Shown one piece after another: positions 18,215-24,479 of a DNA stretch of 24,479 bases. The DNA comes from Armatimonadota bacterium. Lineage in GTDB: Bacteria > Armatimonadota > UBA5829 > DTLH01. The notes beneath the pieces are model-generated. The model was not told the origin of the DNA and did not search any database. It saw nothing but the letters and a program-made list of their open reading frames with translations. Within the stretch, counting starts at the first letter, position 1. Every line of letters starts with the position of its first letter. Position numbers and translations under genes: made by a program. The stretch is from assembly GCA_039680575.1 (NCBI GenBank), contig JBDKSP010000108.1, positions 1 through 24,479 on the forward strand, in the 5' to 3' direction.

Positions 18215-18985
18215 ATGAGCAGAGCGAGTAAAAAAATGCAAGCAAGGACTATATGGTTCGAGAGGCTTCTTAAAAGATTTGGAGAAGCTACAAAAGCTGC
18301 AGAAATGGCGCTCCCTGGGCTGGTTGGCGTCGATACTTCGGAGATAGAAGCAGAGTTGTGCTCTGCCGAGCTCTTCATAATCAGAAGCGATGTGGCCGAG
18401 CACCTCGTGGAGAACGGCGAAGCGCCTGAAGACCTGAAGCAGGAGTTTCAACTGCCGTTCGAGACGGTATTTATCCAGTTCGACGCTCCAGTAGAGCTTC
18501 CCGGTGAGCGTGGAGAGGGTGTACGCGGCATACTTGTCTCAGAAGCCGATGAATTTCAATATAAAGTCCGGGTATGGTTCGACGAACGGCGTGCCACAGC
18601 GCTGCCGAGGTACGATTTCAGCTTTACTCCCGGCAGGGACCTGCCGGAAGCGGAAAATAGGGTCGTTAGCCTGCTTTACTGGCTTGCGGGATATGTGACC
18701 GCGCCTAACATGATTGCTATACGCCACAACCTGCGGCCCGAAAGAAAGCTGGCGCTTTCAGGATACTATACATTCCAGGCTGCGAGCGGACCGAAGAAAC
18801 GTATAATCCGCCGGAGACCGGGGGAACCCAAACCTCGGACGACCGAAGTCCAAGGCCACTTCAGACGGGCGCACTGGCACAGGCTCGCCGTGGGAAAAAG
18901 GGTGGTATGGTACCCGACTACCTGGGTCAGAGCCTACAAACGAAGAATTCCTCAACCTGAAACGGGGTTTCAGGAAGCTGCCTAA
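18215..18985 (+). CDS. Hypothetical protein with AcrVA2/FinQ-like C-terminal HxRRAHWH motif
   Basis: 256-aa ORF with TATAAT at 18198-18203; motifs LPFETVFIQF, SLLYWLA and GHFRRAHWH...W.P..WV. Confidence 0.75.
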   Translation: MSRASKKMQARTIWFERLLKRFGEATKAAEMALPGLVGVDTSEIEAELCSAELFIIRSDVAEHLVENGEAPEDLKQEFQLPFETVFIQFDAPVELPGERGEGVRGILVSEADEFQYKVRVWFDERRATALPRYDFSFTPGRDLPEAENRVVSLLYWLAGYVTAPNMIAIRHNLRPERKLALSGYYTFQAASGPKKRIIRRRPGEPKPRTTEVQGHFRRAHWHRLAVGKRVVWYPTTWVRAYKRRIPQPETGFQEAA

Positions 18986-19039
18986 AATATAAAATCCTAC
19001 AGAGTTTTGGCGGTTGATGTGGCGAGTAAGTAATGCGGA

Positions 19040-19414
19040 CTATCGAACAAACCCGGCCAGGGCGCGGCGGATAGCGCTTGTGATAGCTCTTTCTACGAAA
19101 GGTTTGACGCATAAATCGACAGCGCCGGCGCTCATCGCCTCCATAGCGATTCCTCTCTCTCCGGAACTCGCGCAGACCATCAATAACGCGTTCGGGTCAA
19201 GCAAGCGGATCTGCCGGATGGTACATACTCCGTCCATCTCGGGCATCTGTGCATCCACTATGACCAGATCGGGTTTGATCCGATCGTACATTTCCACGGC
19301 ATCCTCTCCGTTCGATGCCTCTCCTACAACGGAATATCCGTGGGAAAGCAGCAGGTTGCGCAGCTCGAGCCGGGTGTACATGCTGTCGTCTACTATCATA
19401 ATCCTCTTTGCCAT
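19040..19414 (-). CDS. Single-domain CheY-like response regulator
   Basis: IVDDS, VVGEASNG, PDLVIVD (phospho-Asp), MPEMDG and VKPF; GGAGGG SD. Confidence 0.9.
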   Translation of the reverse strand: MAKRIMIVDDSMYTRLELRNLLLSHGYSVVGEASNGEDAVEMYDRIKPDLVIVDAQMPEMDGVCTIRQIRLLDPNALLMVCASSGERGIAMEAMSAGAVDLCVKPFVERAITSAIRRALAGFVR

Positions 19415-19466
19415 AGGGCGCCCTCCAATTCCTATAAGGGATTATCGGCATTACCCTGCGCAGGCT

Positions 19467-20306
19467 TCAGTCCCGCGCGCGGCGGAGTGTTATGTGGACG
19501 ATTTCGGGAGGGCAGAGGAACCTCATGGGCAGGTTGCTGATGCCTATTCCACGGCTGACGTAGACTCTCATTTCACCGGCATCACGCTTCAGGATTTTGC
19601 TGAGTCTCCGGCCTTCGAAGAGCCCCATTACCAGCTGTTTATACTTTCTTATGTGAGGATAAACCGCTCCGATCAGCGGAAACCTGATCTGGCCGCCGTG
19701 CGTATGACCGGAAAGCAGCAGGTCGATACCCGCGTCAGCTGCGTCACCCGCCACACTGGGAGCGTGTGCCAGAAGCACTTTGAACTTGTCATCGGGAGCA
19801 CCTTCGAGCGCGCGGGACAGGTCATCATACCGTCCGAATGGGTCGTCTACCCCGGCCAGGATGATCTTGTCGCCGTCTCGTTCGATGACTACATGCTCGT
19901 TCGTCAGTATGTGGAGCCCGTTCCAGACAAGGTCTTCTCTCCGCTGCCTGCCGAAATCCCCTTTATGCTCGGTGTTGCCGTAGACAGCGAAGGTCTCACG
20001 GCCGGGCCTCACGCGGCCAAGAAACTCTTTGACCAATTGCGCGCCTTTTGCGCTCACTGCTATGTCGCCGGTTATCGCCAGGAGGTCCGCATCGAGCCCG
20101 CGCACTATCTCTTCCATCTTCCGTTCGACTGTCCACCAGTGGGCGATGTGCAGGTCGGAGAGATGGAGGATGGTGAAGCCGTCGAACGATTCGGGAAGGC
20201 TGCTGTAGCTCAGTTCGAGCCGAGTCAGCCCCAGTGCTTTTCGTTCGATGAATATGGAATATACCGCCAGAAGCCCTGCTGCCGCTCCTGCGATGTAACC
20301 GATCAC
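19467..20306 (-). CDS. Membrane-anchored calcineurin-like metallophosphoesterase (YkuE-like)
   Basis: SDLH, TGD, GNTE, LLAH and SGHTHGGQ. GTG 20306 overlaps the GT2 stop (GTGA); the ORF is open to 20315. Confidence 0.9.
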   Translation of the reverse strand: MIGYIAGAAAGLLAVYSIFIERKALGLTRLELSYSSLPESFDGFTILHLSDLHIAHWWTVERKMEEIVRGLDADLLAITGDIAVSAKGAQLVKEFLGRVRPGRETFAVYGNTEHKGDFGRQRREDLVWNGLHILTNEHVVIERDGDKIILAGVDDPFGRYDDLSRALEGAPDDKFKVLLAHAPSVAGDAADAGIDLLLSGHTHGGQIRFPLIGAVYPHIRKYKQLVMGLFEGRRLSKILKRDAGEMRVYVSRGIGISNLPMRFLCPPEIVHITLRRARD

Positions 20307-21031
20307 TTCGTACACCCCTTATAGCGGTGAAACCTGATTTTTGCAATGTCAGAGAACATCTTCAGCCCGTCCCTAAGTGGATTTACGCGGGAATTGCCGT
20401 GGTGCGACCAGTGGATGGGCAGTTCAGCAATCCTGTATCCTAAGCGTCCTGCAAGGTAGAGCGCCTCTACGTCAAAACTGAACCTTTCGATGATAGACCG
20501 GGAGAATATCGAGCGCGCGGCATCTCTCGTAAAGAGTTTGAACCCGCATTGGGTATCCCTTATGCCGGGAACGGCAAACATTCTGATAAAAAGGTTCAGC
20601 GCTCTTCCCCCGATCTCCCTGTAAAACGGTTGATGGACGACTCTGACCGCGCCGCTTACAGCCCTTGAGCCGATAGCAACCTCGAAGCCTGCGTCGAGTG
20701 CGGACATGAGCGCGGGGAGCTCCTGGATAGGAGTCGCGTGGTCCGCATCCGTAAAGAGGATGCGTTCTCCGGATGCCTCCAACATACCGGTCCTTACGGC
20801 GGAACCTTTGCCCTGGTTCGAAGAGCAGTCGATCATGCGGACGAACGACAGTTCATTCGAGAGTTTTTTCGCAATATCCTTGGTGGAATCCAGGCTGCCG
20901 TCGTTCACAATCAGTATTTCGTAAGTGAGCCCAAGGTCCCGCAGATACGCCCATATCCCGCGGACCGTGCCGTCTAGGTTTCTTTCTTCATTGTACGCCG
21001 GGATCACGACGCTTAGATAAATGTTGTCCAT
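20303..21031 (-). CDS. GT2 polyprenol-phosphate glycosyltransferase (DPG/DPM synthase-like)
   Basis: SVVIPAYNEE, VNDGS, NQGKGSAV, FTDAD, DTQCGFKLF and FDVE. Confidence 0.93.
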   Translation of the reverse strand: MDNIYLSVVIPAYNEERNLDGTVRGIWAYLRDLGLTYEILIVNDGSLDSTKDIAKKLSNELSFVRMIDCSSNQGKGSAVRTGMLEASGERILFTDADHATPIQELPALMSALDAGFEVAIGSRAVSGAVRVVHQPFYREIGGRALNLFIRMFAVPGIRDTQCGFKLFTRDAARSIFSRSIIERFSFDVEALYLAGRLGYRIAELPIHWSHHGNSRVNPLRDGLKMFSDIAKIRFHRYKGCTK

Positions 21032-21040
21032 GCTTCAGCT

Positions 21041-21070
21041 ATTATACGCGATTGAGCCGCCCGGCGTCAC
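21041..21070 (-). promoter_or_regulatory. Probable sigma70 promoter for the GT2 operon (near-leaderless)
   Basis: Minus strand GTGACG-N18-TATAAT, 9 nt before ATG 21031; no SD. Confidence 0.5.
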
Positions 21071-21268
21071 CGTGCGTTCGTCAAGGGATTTTTATCAGGA
21101 GACTCTTAGCATAAGAGTAGATGCTTCAGATCTCCACCTTCCGCGGTTCGAAAGCTGATTGTTTTTTCTGTTCCCTATTCAGGCACTAATGGGTAAAAAC
21201 ATCCATAGGTTTTCGGCTGTTCAGAAATAACGTCTTTTCGGTACTTTTACTTCTTGTGGAGTAGTGAT

Positions 21269-21751
21269 ATGGATGTAACGGGGAAGACTGTTCTGGTCGC
21301 GGATGATACTCAATGGACGGTCGATCTGCTCACGGTCGTCCTTGGCGATATGGGAATAAAAGTCGAAGTGGCTGTAGACGGCGAGGAGGCTGTCGCTATG
21401 GCAAAGAGGACCACGCCGGACCTGATCCTCCTTGATATTATGCTGCCGCTGATGGACGGTTGGGAGGTCGCAACAAGGCTTCTCACCGACAGCAGGACAG
21501 CCAATATCCCGATAATCTTCCTCACCACAAGGGCAGGCACATCCGAACAGCTCAGGGGCTGGAGCATGCCGGTGTTCGAGTATATAACAAAACCTTTCGA
21601 GATCAGCGATCTTGTGGAAAAAGTTAAGGCCGTGCTTTCAGCGGAGCCTGAGGAGAAACCGGAACTGCGTGAACAGATGAGAAGGGAAAAGCTGCGGTCG
21701 CTCCTTGGACTGAAGAAAACCGGCGAGGATCAAACGGATCAAGGACGATAG
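21269..21751 (+). CDS. Response regulator receiver protein with short charged C-terminal helix
   Basis: VADD, PDLILLDIMLPLMDG, IIFLT and YITKPF; GGAG precedes ATG 21269. Confidence 0.9.
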   Translation: MDVTGKTVLVADDTQWTVDLLTVVLGDMGIKVEVAVDGEEAVAMAKRTTPDLILLDIMLPLMDGWEVATRLLTDSRTANIPIIFLTTRAGTSEQLRGWSMPVFEYITKPFEISDLVEKVKAVLSAEPEEKPELREQMRREKLRSLLGLKKTGEDQTDQGR

Positions 21752-21754
21752 CCC

Positions 21755-24025
21755 ATGGCTGCATTATTACAGGATTTATCCAGGGTTGCGGAGTTAATGG
21801 ACGAGGCCACAAGCTCGAAAGCGCTGTTTCGCATGATTCCGGAACAGATATGCAGGATATTTGGGTTCGACCGAGCCATATTCTGCATAATCGAAGGAAA
21901 CTGGCTAAAGGTCAAGAGCGCATATTTCGCGGACGACCCCGGACTGGCATCATCTCTTGCGCAGCATGCTCCAGAGGTAATTCTGGAAGAGGGTATCGGC
22001 AATCTGCAGCCCCGTAACACTTCGGATTGTGCCATAGTGTGGCGTGGCACGTCCGAAGAGCATAGTAAATACAGGTTCATCTGCAGCGAATGGCTTGGAG
22101 CAGCGCAGTGCGTCCTTGTGCCGGTCGTTGTGGACAGGCAGGCGTTTGGCCTGATCGCCGCGGGATGGAAAGAACGTGAGATTTCCGAACCCTGCGGTCT
22201 GCTTGAAGCCGCATGTATCTTTTCACGCCTGGCGTCGCACAATATCAGTCGTCTGAGCGCGCAGGAGAACGCGGTAGGAGCCGTAGAACGCGCGAGACAG
22301 AGAGTCGCTGAGCTTACGCTGCTCAGCCGGCTTACCGCTGATCTCCGTGCGACTTCGGATGTCAGCGACACGCTTCGGACACTGATAGATCAGATCCACA
22401 ACGTCATAGACTATGACTACGGTGTGGCTGCGGTGTTCGACCCGGACGACAAACGGTGGATCACAGTTACCAGGGGACCGGATGATGAGCCGGTGCCGGA
22501 GTTCGAACAGCAGATTAAAGGGTTCCATGCCGAAACCCTCGCGGCTTATCCTCCCGCGCTGCTCGCGGATTTGTCATTCGGCGCGGAGCCTATCGCGAAA
22601 CTCAAGCTGGGAATGAGCCGCTCTCACCTTTTCGTGCCGATCAAGATAGGAAAGTCTGTATTCGGCTTTCTCGCGCTCGGTGATCTGTCTCCCTCGGCGT
22701 TCAGCAGCATGGACCTCAGGTTTGCAGCTACAGCCGTGGAAACCGCTGTGGTCATTATCGAAAATACGAGGCTTTACAACAGGGCTCTTCGGTCGGAACA
22801 GCGGATGCGCGAGGCATTTTCCCAGATAGGCAAGGTCCTATCCAGCGGGCTCGACCTCGAAAGCACGCTGCAGGTAATAGTGCAGCTTGCGGCCGCTATG
22901 ACCGAAGCCGATGGCGCGGCAGTATTTATGATCAACCCTGAAGACCGCAAAACGCTCGTCGTCCGTGCGTCCTACCACCTGGATGAGCCTTATGCTGTAG
23001 GCTCGGAGGTCTCCGCAGAAGGTTCTCTTGCGGCGCGGGCAGTGGAAAGCAGAAAAATGGAGATTTTCAGCGATGTTTCAGGAGGCAATGAGCTTGTGCC
23101 TGTGACAATTGGCGGAGTTGCAAGCCGGTCTGTAATCTCTGCCCCGATCATCCTGGGAGGCGCGTCGGCGGGGGTTATAGAAGTATACTCCCGGACCCCG
23201 GACTTCTTCAAAAGCGCCACTCGCGAATTGCTCGAATGGTTTGCCGGACATGCCGCAATTGCGCTCGGAAATGCTGAAGCATTCCAGCACCAGAGAAATA
23301 TCGCCCAGACATTTCAGACAAGCCTGCTGCAGGTGGCAAAACCGGAGATACCCAACCTGGATATAGGGGTGAAATACCAGGCTGCACTCGAAGAAGCGGC
23401 AATAGGCGGAGACTTTTACGATCTGATCCCCATGCCGGACGGCAGACTGGGGGTTGTGGTCTGTGATGTCTCCGGAAAAGGGCTGAAAGCCGCGACTTAC
23501 ACGGCCATGGCTAAATATATGCTTCGCGCCTATGCAGTGGAGCAGCCCTCTCCTGCCTCCGTCCTGACGCGGCTGAACGCTTCCTTTTACCGCTATGCCG
23601 AAAGCGGTTTTTTTATCACCTTGTTCTACGGAGTCGTGGATCAGCAGTCACGCAGTATCGTTTGCGGCAGCGCTGGGCACGAACCGCCTGTTCTGGCGAC
23701 GAAAAGCAGCGTCCGGGCACTGAACGATATGATCGGAGGACTTGCGCTTGGAGTGGCACCCGATGCGAATTACAATGAATACTCCTATAAGCTGGAAGAA
23801 GAATCGGTGTTCCTTCTCTATACGGACGGCATTACGGAAGCCTCAAGAGACGGCGAGTTTCTTGGGATCGACGGCGTTATCGAGCTAGTGCGCAAGTATC
23901 AGGATCTCAGGCCCTCTCGAATGGTGGAACAGATACACCGCGCGGTCCGGGAGTTCGCGGGCGGACGCCTGCGTGATGACATCGTTTTGCTGGCGATCAA
24001 GTGCCTCGGTCAGCCACCCTGCTAG
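21755..24025 (+). CDS. SpoIIE/RsbU-like PP2C phosphatase with three GAF domains
   Basis: GAF signatures (LVPVVVDRQAFG, FVPIKIGKSVFG, SAPIILGGASAGVI) and PP2C motifs GGDFYD, DVSGKG, AGHEPP, YTDGITE and DDI. Confidence 0.92.
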   Translation: MAALLQDLSRVAELMDEATSSKALFRMIPEQICRIFGFDRAIFCIIEGNWLKVKSAYFADDPGLASSLAQHAPEVILEEGIGNLQPRNTSDCAIVWRGTSEEHSKYRFICSEWLGAAQCVLVPVVVDRQAFGLIAAGWKEREISEPCGLLEAACIFSRLASHNISRLSAQENAVGAVERARQRVAELTLLSRLTADLRATSDVSDTLRTLIDQIHNVIDYDYGVAAVFDPDDKRWITVTRGPDDEPVPEFEQQIKGFHAETLAAYPPALLADLSFGAEPIAKLKLGMSRSHLFVPIKIGKSVFGFLALGDLSPSAFSSMDLRFAATAVETAVVIIENTRLYNRALRSEQRMREAFSQIGKVLSSGLDLESTLQVIVQLAAAMTEADGAAVFMINPEDRKTLVVRASYHLDEPYAVGSEVSAEGSLAARAVESRKMEIFSDVSGGNELVPVTIGGVASRSVISAPIILGGASAGVIEVYSRTPDFFKSATRELLEWFAGHAAIALGNAEAFQHQRNIAQTFQTSLLQVAKPEIPNLDIGVKYQAALEEAAIGGDFYDLIPMPDGRLGVVVCDVSGKGLKAATYTAMAKYMLRAYAVEQPSPASVLTRLNASFYRYAESGFFITLFYGVVDQQSRSIVCGSAGHEPPVLATKSSVRALNDMIGGLALGVAPDANYNEYSYKLEEESVFLLYTDGITEASRDGEFLGIDGVIELVRKYQDLRPSRMVEQIHRAVREFAGGRLRDDIVLLAIKCLGQPPC

Positions 24026-24479
24026 TTTATGCTCCTCCTGTCGCGGGTAAAGGTGTTCTTGGAGGGCGGACAGCGAGCGTTCCGCAGCGGCTTGCCGGCA
24101 TTTGACCCTAAAAGGGTCCGGCTGTCTGTCCTCCATCCTCTCTAGCGTAACGGTTCGCTCTCAATGAGAATTATACATTACCCTGAATCTATGGAATGAC
24201 GTTGTACTCATCAACTCTCCTAACTAACACGGCGTAGCGTGCTAGTTTTTCGATAACTCGGCGCGCCGGGTGGGACACTGAACTCTTATCATCCAGCATT
24301 TATCCTCCAGCAGCCTTAGGGCGAACGCATCTACAGAGTTTCAGGAGATAACGTAACAGCCTTACAGCTATATAAAAGTTCTCTGATGTAGCTTTATCTG
24401 TTGATTTTACACTTATACCTGAAACTCTTCCGGAAGATTTTCGGCAACAGACAATATATGATTGGCCGTTAATTAATCA

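Noticed and set aside
18017..18451. 144-aa - strand ORF
   Set aside because: Antisense to the 18215 ORF, with a C-terminus translated from REP-like palindromes.
19014..20324. 436-aa + strand ORF
   Set aside because: Antisense shadow of the CheY-like and metallophosphoesterase genes, with no recognisable motifs.
23885..24136. 83-aa - strand ORF
   Set aside because: Overlaps the phosphatase 3' end in antisense, its purine tract abuts the ATG, and it has no recognisable features.
24030..24170. 6S RNA call
   Set aside because: No convincing closing stem or central bubble and no usual gene context; kept only as an unclassified structure.

Overview
Bacterial chromosomal window of moderately high GC, mostly housekeeping and envelope or signalling genes. 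Gene style is loosely reminiscent of Armatimonadota, which is an impression only. Gene order: hemC-nadB (+); three AT-richer hypothetical membrane or exported genes, a divergent ychF and panC (-); a Yip1+TPR membrane protein (-); an Ig/PKD-PA14 lipoprotein, a stand-alone LigD phosphoesterase, an M48 peptidase and a hypothetical protein (+); mnmG, a His-tailed EamA transporter, tsaE and tsaB (+); a repeat- and hairpin-rich spacer; an orphan ORF with an AcrVA2/FinQ-like HxRRAHWH motif (+); GT2, a metallophosphoesterase and a CheY-like receiver (-); a receiver protein and a triple-GAF PP2C/SpoIIE phosphatase (+). I found no tRNA, rRNA, CRISPR array, transposase or integrase. The most notable signals are (1) the AcrVA2/FinQ-like orphan behind a patchwork of REP-like elements, (2) a 136-151 bp five-hairpin element in two inverted copies, each 13 nt after a stop codon, with a compensatory base pair and swapped loops, and (3) two unexplained three-way-junction RNA-like structures.
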